A stretch of 64,000 bases of DNA, taken from a virus. The position numbers were made by a program, and so were the translations under genes. Within the stretch, counting starts at the first letter, position 1. The number at the start of each line of letters is the position of its first letter. This document shows, piece after piece, positions 47,226 to 56,556 of this stretch. The stretch is from IMG/VR virus record IMGVR_UViG_3300010334_000030, positions 77,055 through 141,054 of that record; one strand, written 5' to 3'. The notes beneath the pieces were generated by a model. It ran no database searches. It was not told the origin of the DNA and saw only the letters and a list, made by a program, of their open reading frames with translations.

Positions 47226-49916
47226 TTACCCAATTTTTATTCTATCTTTAACTTCTTCTATGAATTTTTTGGCTATTTTGAAAGATTCACCGTCCTTTGA
47301 TTTAAATCTCACCTTTTTATCCAAAAAATCAGCATAACCATTTCTGAGTTTAACCTCTACAACATTTCCTGCGCTATCATATATCTCCTTGGCAGAAGTT
47401 ATATATTTCCAATTGGATATACCTAAAATGTTCTTTTCCTGATTAGTTAAAAATCTATCGATAATACTAACCCCATTTGGAACAGGGTTGTCAACTATAG
47501 TGGTGTCATCCTTTGTTGTCTTGATAGAAATGTCCCTTATGTTGGCCTTTACTGGCTCCCCTACATAATCTGGTGCTTTCTTCGGATTCTCCACTTTAGT
47601 AATATCTTTGGTAGTATCTTTAGTAATATCTTTGGTAATATCTTTGGTAGTATCTTTGGTAGGATCAACAGATTTTTCTTCAGGTCCCTTATCAGAATTT
47701 TGGTCTTGCTTGTTTGAATCATCTTCCTGTCTATATTCATAGATACCAACTCTACAGTCATCAAGACGCTCGTCAGTGTTTATCGAGATCTCCACTTCAC
47801 TTCCGTCACGAAGTCTATATGATTCACCGCCTATAAAAAAATGTTCAAATAATCCTAGTCCGTACCCCTTCTTTCCTCTTAGATCTGGATTTGCATACTC
47901 CTTGTTTGTTATATTGTAAACTGCAACAATAGCAGGACTACTTTTTTGTTCGGGTGTTAGCTCTATAACATCACCAGAATCTTCATTCTCATTTTCTAGG
48001 ATCCCCTTGACTTTATCATGGAAATCGTTAAACTTCAATATTCCTTTACCTTCAAAAACCTGATTTATTTTTTCAGTGTAAAGGCTTTCATTTTTCATGT
48101 CTCCCCCGCCAACTTCAGCTATACCAAATACCACTTTAAGTTGCTCCTGTGTTAATTTAGAAAGCGTATCTGAACTAACTTTTTTACCTGTCACGTTCAT
48201 GACATTGCCATCCAGATCCTTAAAATTAAAAGAGAATTCTTCTGGTGCATCAGGATCCGCTTTAAGTATCATATCCTCGGCAGAAGAGTAAGCTGACATA
48301 AGCTCCTGCCATCCACAATATCCATAGAAAAGAGAAGGGGATTGTGCTCCTGATATAATTCCATCAAAAAAAGCTCCCTGAGGTTTAAGATCATCGTTAT
48401 CGAAAAAACCATGCTTAACATTGGTTGATTTAGGGAATGCCAGGAGGAGTGCATCATGTTGAGCTAGCTGTTTTGTCCAGGATTCAGAGTGGATTTGTGT
48501 TACTATAAAAAGAGATCCGTCGCTACCCTCCTTTATTTTTACCATCTCCATCGTGGTTCTTTTCTCTGTGTTTAAAAACACATCAAGTAAAATCTTCCAT
48601 CCACTAGCTGTACCTTGGCTGTAACAAATAGTTATTGGATTACCTATATCAATTTGACTTGGGATGAAAGTGTTATGCATCCCAGGGGTAGACTTAACCT
48701 CATTGTATCTTGGGGCTTGATTGTTCGCCAGCCAGACCCAAGTTGATGCAATAACATCAAGACCTAATAGGACCTCACCAATTCCGCAAGCCATACTTGC
48801 TCCCCCTGCTGATACCAAACCTACAGTTTTCTCAACACCCCCAACAACCTCTGATGCTGAAAGAGCATATCTTGCAGCACGAGCACTTTCAGATCCTACC
48901 TTAAAAGCCCATTTAGCTCCTGTAAAGAAATTTTTAAGTTTTTCAACTCTAGAGACCTGACCTATATATTTACCCCACTCAACAGCTCCCCTCCCGCTAC
49001 TTATAGCTTCTCTTGTATTTTTTAGAAGTGCAATATCCCTAGCACCTCCCCAGAGACTTTTAACCTTGCTTGAGAATTTACCCGCTTTAGCAACTTTCTC
49101 TGCATCCTTCGCTACCTCGGCGGCATTCTTTGTTGTTTTAACTATATCAGCAACATTGTCAAGCTTTTGGACTACTGGCTTAATTAATCTTTTCATCCTC
49201 CAACGATAAAATATACCCTGAGCTACAAACGCAGCACCAGGTAGAACGAATCCTTTTACTGCCCCAAATATTAACAGGCTGATCGCTCCCCACGCAGCAA
49301 CCGTTGCTGCATTCTCCACAATTTTTTTGTATATTGACTCTGCAGTATCGTTTTCTGAAACTGGGCCACCTGGAAGTGTTTCGGTAACATCTACAAGAGA
49401 AAGATTTGAGCCTGAGATATTTTTAGGACTCATTCTATATGCGGTAAGAGCCTCGTCTAGGATTTCACCTTTCTCATTTTTAAGAACTGCAAAAACTGCA
49501 ATATCCTGTCCTGAAGATGAAAAGTTCAGGGTGTCTCTAATTCTTCCCTTTGACAATAAACTGTTATAAGCGTAATGTAATTTAGTTGCAGTTTTAATGG
49601 TATTGTCGTCAGCCGGTTGGACTTCACCCTCTTCAAATATTCTATTAGATTTAGAATACTCTGAAAAACTTAGTGTTTTTCTATCGGATGGGTTATTTGA
49701 TTCTAAGAGCTCTTCATAATCTGATAAATCCAAAGACTCCGCTTTCCAATCTCTTGGATTTTTAGCTAACCATTTTTGAAAATCGTCAGAATAACACCAC
49801 CATTGAAAATCTGAAAAGTTCATCTTTTCGGCACCTTCTATTTGAGTTGGTACAACAACTAGGGGTAAAGGATTTCCCTTTTCGTAATTCGCTTTTGAAG
49901 AATATATTGCTAGCAT
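47226..49916 (-). CDS. Large putative ejection/membrane protein
   Basis: Hydrophobic segments (AAWGAISLLIFGAV; GIGEVLLGLDVIASTWVWL) flank a basic amphipathic region; internal CTS-like motifs; GATATATA at 49983-49990. Confidence 0.55.
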   Translation of the reverse strand: MLAIYSSKANYEKGNPLPLVVVPTQIEGAEKMNFSDFQWWCYSDDFQKWLAKNPRDWKAESLDLSDYEELLESNNPSDRKTLSFSEYSKSNRIFEEGEVQPADDNTIKTATKLHYAYNSLLSKGRIRDTLNFSSSGQDIAVFAVLKNEKGEILDEALTAYRMSPKNISGSNLSLVDVTETLPGGPVSENDTAESIYKKIVENAATVAAWGAISLLIFGAVKGFVLPGAAFVAQGIFYRWRMKRLIKPVVQKLDNVADIVKTTKNAAEVAKDAEKVAKAGKFSSKVKSLWGGARDIALLKNTREAISSGRGAVEWGKYIGQVSRVEKLKNFFTGAKWAFKVGSESARAARYALSASEVVGGVEKTVGLVSAGGASMACGIGEVLLGLDVIASTWVWLANNQAPRYNEVKSTPGMHNTFIPSQIDIGNPITICYSQGTASGWKILLDVFLNTEKRTTMEMVKIKEGSDGSLFIVTQIHSESWTKQLAQHDALLLAFPKSTNVKHGFFDNDDLKPQGAFFDGIISGAQSPSLFYGYCGWQELMSAYSSAEDMILKADPDAPEEFSFNFKDLDGNVMNVTGKKVSSDTLSKLTQEQLKVVFGIAEVGGGDMKNESLYTEKINQVFEGKGILKFNDFHDKVKGILENENEDSGDVIELTPEQKSSPAIVAVYNITNKEYANPDLRGKKGYGLGLFEHFFIGGESYRLRDGSEVEISINTDERLDDCRVGIYEYRQEDDSNKQDQNSDKGPEEKSVDPTKDTTKDITKDITKDTTKDITKVENPKKAPDYVGEPVKANIRDISIKTTKDDTTIVDNPVPNGVSIIDRFLTNQEKNILGISNWKYITSAKEIYDSAGNVVEVKLRNGYADFLDKKVRFKSKDGESFKIAKKFIEEVKDRIKIG
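47595..47660 (-). repeat. 12-bp coding minisatellite (TKDT/TKDI, about 5.5 units)
   Basis: A[AG]TATCTTT[GA]GT units on the plus strand. Confidence 0.9.
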
Positions 49917-49925
49917 TTAAAAAAA

Positions 49926-50723
49926 CTATTTTTCTGAGTAAATTTTATTATAAGCCTCTGAGATCGTATCTATAATCTTTTCTATATATCCTTCATTTCT
50001 AAGCTTCTTAAAGGACAAATTTCCTATAGAGAACTCCCCGTCTTTTCTTAGAGATTCCTTTCTCATTTTTTGAATCTTCTCTTTGAGCTTTATTGCTCTT
50101 TTATAAAGTTTCTTAGCATCCGAAGGTAAAGTGCTCACAGTTAATTTTGTGTGGATCTGATCAATCTCATAAGCTATAGATTCAGTCTTTTTATTAACAT
50201 CCGCTTCATCAACTTCTGGCGGGTCAAAAACTGGGGTCTTTATCCATTCATTATTTAGAAGAGAAAAAAGACCAGAAGAATCGTGGATTAGACTTGAATC
50301 CTGAACGTACATCTCCACATCATATCCACGGATCTTTATATTGTGTCTAAGGTTCCAAATGAATCTAATTCCGTCAACAGCAGCTTTAACTATTTTTGGG
50401 TTATCCTCGTCTATGTCTTCTAAATTTACAATTACATGAACATCTAAGTCGGATAGTGGGGTATAGTTATAATTTGAGATAGATCCAGTTAACTGGATAT
50501 CTATTATATCCTTCTGCTTTAGTATGTCCTCGAATTTTTCAAAGAAATCGTTTGATATTCTAAGGAGCTTTCTTCTTACCCTCTGATCCATCTGCCAAGT
50601 AACCTTCCCTGACTTATCGGTCTTCTTAGTCCAAAATGTTGGATTTAGCTCATCATTATAGAAAGGACCTATTTTAGCCTCATTGACTTTATGATATTGA
50701 TCGTATTGTAAAATTTGGGGCAA
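49926..50723 (-). CDS. Pol-beta-family nucleotidyltransferase; probable start is TTG at 50723 rather than 50750
   Basis: LTGSISNYNY...SDLDVH motif; the GATATATA motif at 50741-50748 overlaps the tracked start codon. Confidence 0.8.
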   Translation of the reverse strand: MPQILQYDQYHKVNEAKIGPFYNDELNPTFWTKKTDKSGKVTWQMDQRVRRKLLRISNDFFEKFEDILKQKDIIDIQLTGSISNYNYTPLSDLDVHVIVNLEDIDEDNPKIVKAAVDGIRFIWNLRHNIKIRGYDVEMYVQDSSLIHDSSGLFSLLNNEWIKTPVFDPPEVDEADVNKKTESIAYEIDQIHTKLTVSTLPSDAKKLYKRAIKLKEKIQKMRKESLRKDGEFSIGNLSFKKLRNEGYIEKIIDTISEAYNKIYSEK

Positions 50724-50726
50724 TAA

Positions 50727-50763
50727 AAAAGACTTTCCTTTATATATCAAAAGAAAGTCTTTT
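50727..50763 (-). terminator. 11-bp inverted repeat (terminator-like) with GATATATA in its loop
   Basis: AAAAGACTTTC-ctttatatatcaaaa-GAAAGTCTTTT. Confidence 0.6.
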
Positions 50764-50794
50764 AAGTTTATATTCTAGAGGTAAACCCCTTTAA

Positions 50795-51499
50795 TTAAAC
50801 TAGGGCTAACATAATTTTCATAACCGTATCAACGTCAGATTGACAGTATTCCTTTATTGACTCATAATCCTTCTTGTTCCAATAATAATCTCTAACCTGT
50901 GATCCGTCAAGATTTTCTTTCGGAGAGGATATCCCCAATGAGCACGACAAAAGATCTAGGCTAAGGTATTTTTGCTGAACCCAGCTACCAAAAGCAAAAA
51001 TATCAGAGGTGTCAATAAAAGGCATTTCCCATGGCTTCTTATCCCAAATTTTTATATTTGAGGGTAAATCAATTCTATTATAAATCAGTCTTTTACCGAT
51101 ACAGGGGATATCAAATCCTTTTATGTTGTGCCCACACAGCTTCCAACTCTTCAAGGAAGCATTGCTTAAAACCTTAGCTGATTTAGCTAATATGTCTTTT
51201 TCATCCTCACCATAGAAAGAAACGAATCTTTTTTCCCCGCCATTTGCTGTATCAAAGGAGCCAAAAGAAACACAAACTATTTTTGAAAATTCTGGTTCTA
51301 ATCCAGCTTTATTATTGTAAACTTCTTCTAGTGTTGAATTTTTTAATTCATCATGTGCGCTCCTGTAATAAGAATCCCTTTTTAACCATAGCTTATACAG
51401 TCTTTCGTTTTCTCTCTCAAGTTCTTCTAGAGATCCATAAGAAGGAACAGTTTCAACATCAATATAAAGTAACTTTTCAATGAAATCCTGGCTGAACAT
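50795..51499 (-). CDS. DEDDy 3'-5' exonuclease (PolB exonuclease-like)
   Basis: IDVET, GHNIKGFDIP, YCQSDV. Confidence 0.9.
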   Translation of the reverse strand: MFSQDFIEKLLYIDVETVPSYGSLEELERENERLYKLWLKRDSYYRSAHDELKNSTLEEVYNNKAGLEPEFSKIVCVSFGSFDTANGGEKRFVSFYGEDEKDILAKSAKVLSNASLKSWKLCGHNIKGFDIPCIGKRLIYNRIDLPSNIKIWDKKPWEMPFIDTSDIFAFGSWVQQKYLSLDLLSCSLGISSPKENLDGSQVRDYYWNKKDYESIKEYCQSDVDTVMKIMLALV

Positions 51500-51522
51500 A
51501 AATTTGGGGTTTAAATTAAAAA

Positions 51523-52425
51523 TTATTTTTGATTTATTTTATTAATAACTACAGGTGGCAATGATTTATAATCCATTCTATACTTAAGACAAACATCTTC
51601 CTTTATGTCTGAGACTATCACAATATCAATATCAAGACCAAAGGTTGGGATTCTCTTTGATAAAAGATCAGAAGGTTTACTTGTTAGGGATAATCCAGAT
51701 TTATCCGTTTCAGAAGATTCAGAATAAAAGATTAATGGCTTCCTTTCAAGATTCCACGTAGAGCAAGAAAGAAAAAGAGCCTCTCTTATTGACAGTCCGC
51801 CGTCGTTAAACTGATGAGGGAGAATTCTAAAACATATAGGGACGCCACATTTATAATAAACCCCCGATAAAAGATCAGTCGTGGAAAATAAACTGGGTTT
51901 ATCGTCATTCATAACGGATATTTTAGAAACTACATCTTTATCTAAAAGGGATATTCTTTTACAGAATTCATCCATTGTATTTTTTCTATTCCCGTATGCT
52001 GACCCAATCCTCAACATTATTGATGGGTAATTTACCCCAATAATATCAAGTACGTTTGAAATGGAATTTACCATCTTAATTGAATTCCGATAAGCTTCAT
52101 CAAGTTGGCTTCCTAAAAAATAATCCTTGCCCACATAGAAGCAAATTCTTAAATTATTTTTTGAGATTATTCTATTAGCCTCGTCTATAATTTTAGATAT
52201 TATTGGAGACTCCTCCTCTATCGCATCATTAAAAAAATTAGGGAGAAATGTGAATTCTGATACATCAAGGCAAATAACCTTAATATCTAAAGAAAGATTG
52301 TAGCTACAAACACTTATTATCGTTGTGATTAAATCTGAATAAGATTCTATATTAATCTTCTTATTGCCAAATTCACTTGGCAATCCTAGATATGAAATCT
52401 CCGGTGATGTTTTACCAAATAACAT
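51523..52425 (-). CDS. uvsE: UV-damage endonuclease (UvsE/UVDE)-like protein, apparently catalytically degenerate
   Basis: IG.AYG..K, NDDKPS.FS, HQFN.GG, STW, YSES layout matches UvsE; most metal ligands substituted. Confidence 0.7.
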   Translation of the reverse strand: MLFGKTSPEISYLGLPSEFGNKKINIESYSDLITTIISVCSYNLSLDIKVICLDVSEFTFLPNFFNDAIEEESPIISKIIDEANRIISKNNLRICFYVGKDYFLGSQLDEAYRNSIKMVNSISNVLDIIGVNYPSIMLRIGSAYGNRKNTMDEFCKRISLLDKDVVSKISVMNDDKPSLFSTTDLLSGVYYKCGVPICFRILPHQFNDGGLSIREALFLSCSTWNLERKPLIFYSESSETDKSGLSLTSKPSDLLSKRIPTFGLDIDIVIVSDIKEDVCLKYRMDYKSLPPVVINKINQK

Positions 52426-52468
52426 TATCCTTTTTAATTCTTAGCAAAAAGGATATAATTAGTTCCAA

Positions 52469-52951
52469 TTATCCCCCGGTAGTCTCTAAGCCAAGTTCTG
52501 ATGCGTTGTAAACAGTTTTAGAATTGTAAGCTTTATCTGGGATTTGGTTAAACTTAACCTTAGATTTACTCTCAATATTACCGTGATCACCACCCTCTGC
52601 AAATTGAATTGCATCAGATTTGACCTCTATAACTCTCTCGGTTTTCTTTCCCTTATTGTAAACCTGTACGAAATATCTGTATTCTTTACCGTCAGTATTT
52701 CTAAAGGATCTAACTATAACACCAATCACTTTCTTTTTAGATTCTAATGGCTGTGCAATAACAACATCACCTATTTGAAATTCTGCTCCTTTAACTGTTG
52801 TTTCTATATCTGGATCTTGCCCAACAGAAACAGAGAGATCGCTGAAGGGCTTATAGTTTATTTTAAGTATGCCATTAGCACCACCGTATCCATAAGTGTC
52901 TCCAAAAACACCCGCGTCAAAATACTCGTTAATTGTTTTAATATGTTTCAT
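52469..52951 (-). CDS. Hypothetical protein with CTS-like leader and SH3/KOW-like domain
   Basis: MKHIKTINEYF; FQIGDVV...G.IV. Confidence 0.55.
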   Translation of the reverse strand: MKHIKTINEYFDAGVFGDTYGYGGANGILKINYKPFSDLSVSVGQDPDIETTVKGAEFQIGDVVIAQPLESKKKVIGVIVRSFRNTDGKEYRYFVQVYNKGKKTERVIEVKSDAIQFAEGGDHGNIESKSKVKFNQIPDKAYNSKTVYNASELGLETTGG

Positions 52952-52955
52952 CGAT

Positions 52956-53504
52956 CTATTTATCTTCGGTGGGCTCCTCTTTTTGTAACTTTATAACATC
53001 TCTTATCATAGTTGCCAATTCATACTTCTCCGAATCTAATGCTTTCTTAAGCATAGACTCCAATCTTTTCATATCAGAATCCTCATTAATGACCTCCTCC
53101 TTCGTTTCATCAGAAATAACACAAACCCTTTGTGGCGAATATACAACTTCTAGAGTTGATGCTACGTCCAATTCTATCTTGATTTCTCCCCCATCCTCAT
53201 CCATTTCTATTTCAATATCTCCATATTTTTGATTAACCCATTGTGAATCAACCCAGTATATCATCCAAGCTCCGTAATAAAGCTCTGGTAATCCATTCTG
53301 AATAACATGTTTTAATAGGGATTTAAGTTCTGCTTTTAAATCAGATTTGTTTAAACCGTCTCCAAATATCTTTCTTTTAACCCCCGGGATAGCAGTGGTG
53401 CCTTCACCAACCCCCATCTTAAAGCATTTACTAACTTCTAATATGGAATCCCAGTCTAAACTAGAGATAACCTTGTCTATCATTTTTGAGCTTCTCTTTT
53501 CCAT
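52956..53504 (-). CDS. Hypothetical protein with a C-terminal UVR (UvrB/C) motif
   Basis: LESMLKKALDSEKYELATMIRDVIK. Confidence 0.65.
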   Translation of the reverse strand: MEKRSSKMIDKVISSLDWDSILEVSKCFKMGVGEGTTAIPGVKRKIFGDGLNKSDLKAELKSLLKHVIQNGLPELYYGAWMIYWVDSQWVNQKYGDIEIEMDEDGGEIKIELDVASTLEVVYSPQRVCVISDETKEEVINEDSDMKRLESMLKKALDSEKYELATMIRDVIKLQKEEPTEDK

Positions 53505-53516
53505 ATAGTATATATC

Positions 53517-53939
53517 TTATTTTTGTAGACCTATCTGCTCTGAAATGTCCTTCACCCAGGTAAAATACCTATCGGGATAAAATATTTTCAAATCAGCCAG
53601 GTCTTTTTTAGAAACATTATATTTGTTTCTTATAAAATCCTCTATTTCGTTTAGATCCTTAAAAGCCTCAGATTTTTCAGATTCTTTCTTTTTGGTCTTT
53701 GCATATATCCACTCTGATGGTGGTTTTTTAAATCTGTGAGATAATGTGTCATGCCACCAATTTACAACAGGACCAGGTGTTACCTTTAACTTATTAAACT
53801 GATTAGATTGAACAGGGAACTGAATTGACATAATCCTATTGATCATGAAAAAGTTTCTAGTCTTATCATTTTTACCTATAGAATCCCAGTCTTTCTTGTT
53901 GCTAGAAAATAGCAATTTTACAATATCAAAAAGTTGCAT
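53517..53939 (-). CDS. Clamp loader small subunit (gp62-like)
   Basis: LFD..K...FFMINRIMS motif; near the gp44-like gene. Confidence 0.6.
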   Translation of the reverse strand: MQLFDIVKLLFSSNKKDWDSIGKNDKTRNFFMINRIMSIQFPVQSNQFNKLKVTPGPVVNWWHDTLSHRFKKPPSEWIYAKTKKKESEKSEAFKDLNEIEDFIRNKYNVSKKDLADLKIFYPDRYFTWVKDISEQIGLQK

Positions 53940-53945
53940 GCTCTT

Positions 53946-55088
53946 TTATTTTAAAAAATTTTCAAATGGATCAAAACCTTTAGGTTGGTATCCAGGGGTA
54001 ACCCATTCAGTCCCTTCTAGTATTTTTATTCTATCTAAGGTAACACTTCTCTTTCCTAAAGAAATTCCTCTTTCTATTTCACTATAGCAAGCTTTATTAA
54101 CTGAATCAGGTATAACCTCAGGATCTAGCCACATTAATTTATAATTTCTTAAAAAATTACTCCTAACCTTTACCCTATTCTCAGTGCTATCAATGCCCTT
54201 AGATATTTTCAGAATCAAGCTACTTATCCATGATAAAAAATCATCATTAACAAGAAGATCAGAAACACTTAAATCTTTCCACTCGCTATTTAAAAAGAGA
54301 GAATAAACGTCATCTGATTTTTTTTCGGTGAATCTATTAACTTTACCGTTAGAAATAAATTCCCAAACACTTGGAACACTATCTCCACTATCGCCTGTTA
54401 ATATTTTTTTAAATAGAAAGGGTTTACTGTCTATTTCCGAAACGTTAACTTTTTTAATAAACTCTTCCAATTTATCCTTCTCTGGAGATATTGTTAACTC
54501 CATATTAAATACACTTATCTCTTGAGATTTTTGGGATAGGTTAACATTCCACCCTAAAGGAACAGTAAATAAATTATTTTTTGAATTATTATTCCAGACT
54601 GCTGTCCAAACACCATCTTCTGATCTTGCTAGCTGATGCAGATCTCTATCTCCTGTTACGATAATACAATTTTCGCCTTCCTGGTTAAATTTTCTAGACC
54701 AAAATAAAAGAAGGTCATCACCTTCCGCTCCTTCCACCTTTGAAAATATAAATCCCATCTTCTCAAGATGATGTCCAAAAGAATTAAGAAGCTCGAAGAA
54801 AATACTCCAATCAACATTTTCATCTTTTACCCTTCCTGATTTATAACCTCCATTTTCTATTTCAACCTCCTTCCTCCAACTTCTACTATCGCTAGTAAAA
54901 ATAAGTCTACCCCCGCTCGGGAGCATTCTTAGCGACGAGCAAAGATCCGTAGCAATTTTTCTAACAAAAGCAGATTGATCTTTTTTATCAGCTAATATTT
55001 TTCCTGGATCTATATCCTTTCCATATCCAGCAAAAATACCAAAAGTTTTGTGCATTATGTAATTTCCGTCTATTAGTATATTAACCAT
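53946..55088 (-). CDS. 5'-3' exonuclease / T4 RNase H-like flap nuclease
   Basis: LIDGN, YKSGR, EGDD, GDRDL, LTGDSGD. Confidence 0.9.
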   Translation of the reverse strand: MVNILIDGNYIMHKTFGIFAGYGKDIDPGKILADKKDQSAFVRKIATDLCSSLRMLPSGGRLIFTSDSRSWRKEVEIENGGYKSGRVKDENVDWSIFFELLNSFGHHLEKMGFIFSKVEGAEGDDLLLFWSRKFNQEGENCIIVTGDRDLHQLARSEDGVWTAVWNNNSKNNLFTVPLGWNVNLSQKSQEISVFNMELTISPEKDKLEEFIKKVNVSEIDSKPFLFKKILTGDSGDSVPSVWEFISNGKVNRFTEKKSDDVYSLFLNSEWKDLSVSDLLVNDDFLSWISSLILKISKGIDSTENRVKVRSNFLRNYKLMWLDPEVIPDSVNKACYSEIERGISLGKRSVTLDRIKILEGTEWVTPGYQPKGFDPFENFLK

Positions 55089-55097
55089 AATTTAAAT

Positions 55098-55577
55098 TTA
55101 AAAGTCTTCGTTTTTTATTCTAACGTCATAGTCCATAAATCCTGAAAAATCCTCATCGTCCGCTAATAATCTTCTCTCTGCAGAATCTACATCATTCCTT
55201 GATTCCAGACGGTATTTTAAAATTTCCCTGTCTGGATCTATATAAATAATCAAGCACCTTTTACGGTGCTCTGGCTTTATGTTTTTAATTCCACTGGGGG
55301 TCATTATTAAAAGACTTGATTTTTCAAAATCATCTATAGTTCTACCGTATTTCCATCCATTAAAATCATGGATCTCGTAAAACTTATGGACATTATTTTG
55401 AAAAAAATCATCATCAACAAAATAATAATCAACACCTTGCTTCTCCCCTAATCTTTTTGGTCTACTGGTATAAGAAACACAATATTTAAATCCCTTGGAT
55501 TCAAATTTTTTTCTCATGTAATCTTTACCCGATCCACCTCTTCCGACTAATATAATTTTGCTATTTTTTATTGCCAT
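55098..55577 (-). CDS. gmk: Guanylate kinase-like protein
   Basis: GRGGSGKD; SYTSRPKRLGEKQGVDYYF signature. Confidence 0.88.
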   Translation of the reverse strand: MAIKNSKIILVGRGGSGKDYMRKKFESKGFKYCVSYTSRPKRLGEKQGVDYYFVDDDFFQNNVHKFYEIHDFNGWKYGRTIDDFEKSSLLIMTPSGIKNIKPEHRKRCLIIYIDPDREILKYRLESRNDVDSAERRLLADDEDFSGFMDYDVRIKNEDF

Positions 55578-55579
55578 CT

Positions 55580-56524
55580 CTAATCTATCATTTTTTGGAT
55601 TTGGAAAATTAAAGAAAGTAAAGATACAATAGGATCAATTACTAATGTTCTTTGAGCCTGGTGTTCCGCAACTAAAACAATAACTCCAGGAATTATCTTT
55701 TTTAAATCTGGCTTATTGTTTATAATCCAATTAATAAACTCATCTCCTAGGGCTGACATAACCTCATCAACTTTACCCTGATATTCACCAGCTATTTCCT
55801 GATAATTTTTAATTGGGTCCTTAGAGGAAACTATTAAATTATAAAGTGATTCATAGGTCCAGCCAAGCTCTTTTATTTTGTGGATGTCTATGGTTTTTAC
55901 ACCCTCTATCATCCACGTTTGTATCTTATTTAAACTTGATCTAAAATCAGGATAATATGATTTCTGAAACTCATTTAAAGATAAATCATCAATCTCAATA
56001 TTCAATTTACCAAGAATCATCCTTACTCTTCTGTTCCATTCATCCTTTAAAGCTTCGTCCTCCTCTGGCGAAACCGGATTAAAATCAACAACTTCAAATC
56101 TGCTTTGTATTGCATCAGGAACCTTGTTAATGTAATTGCACGTAGCGATGAATCTAGCGTTGCTAGCGAACTTTTCTATTGTACCCCTTAGTGCTTTATA
56201 GAATTGATCCGAAGCCCCGTCAAACTCGTCTAAAATCACAACCTTCTTAGAGGACTTGCCATCCAGAACAGAAACAGTAGAACAAAAGTCATTAATCTTT
56301 ACTCTAATAGTTTCAACCGAGCTTTCGTCAGAAACATTTATAAAAAGGTGAGGATATGGAGAAGCTAGGATCTTAGCCAAAGTTGTCTTCCCACATCCAG
56401 GAGATCCGCTTAAAAGAACATTGTGATTTAGTCCACTCTCAAAAAGTTTAGAAATCCTAGAAGGAAGTATCATATGCCTTAACTCCTTAGGTCTTAATTT
56501 TTCAGTCAGTAATTCTTGTATCAT
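55580..56524 (-). CDS. Sliding clamp loader ATPase (gp44/RFC-like)
   Basis: EKLRP, GSPGCGKTT, LDEFD, ATCNY, SRF, YPDFR. Confidence 0.92.
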   Translation of the reverse strand: MIQELLTEKLRPKELRHMILPSRISKLFESGLNHNVLLSGSPGCGKTTLAKILASPYPHLFINVSDESSVETIRVKINDFCSTVSVLDGKSSKKVVILDEFDGASDQFYKALRGTIEKFASNARFIATCNYINKVPDAIQSRFEVVDFNPVSPEEDEALKDEWNRRVRMILGKLNIEIDDLSLNEFQKSYYPDFRSSLNKIQTWMIEGVKTIDIHKIKELGWTYESLYNLIVSSKDPIKNYQEIAGEYQGKVDEVMSALGDEFINWIINNKPDLKKIIPGVIVLVAEHQAQRTLVIDPIVSLLSLIFQIQKMID

Positions 56525-56556
56525 GTTTTTCTTAGTTTGTATTTTAAAGGTTGTTT

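Noticed and set aside
50724-50750. Tracked TTG start of the nucleotidyltransferase at 50750
   Set aside because: It overlaps the promoter motif and hairpin; TTG at 50723 fits the leader pattern better
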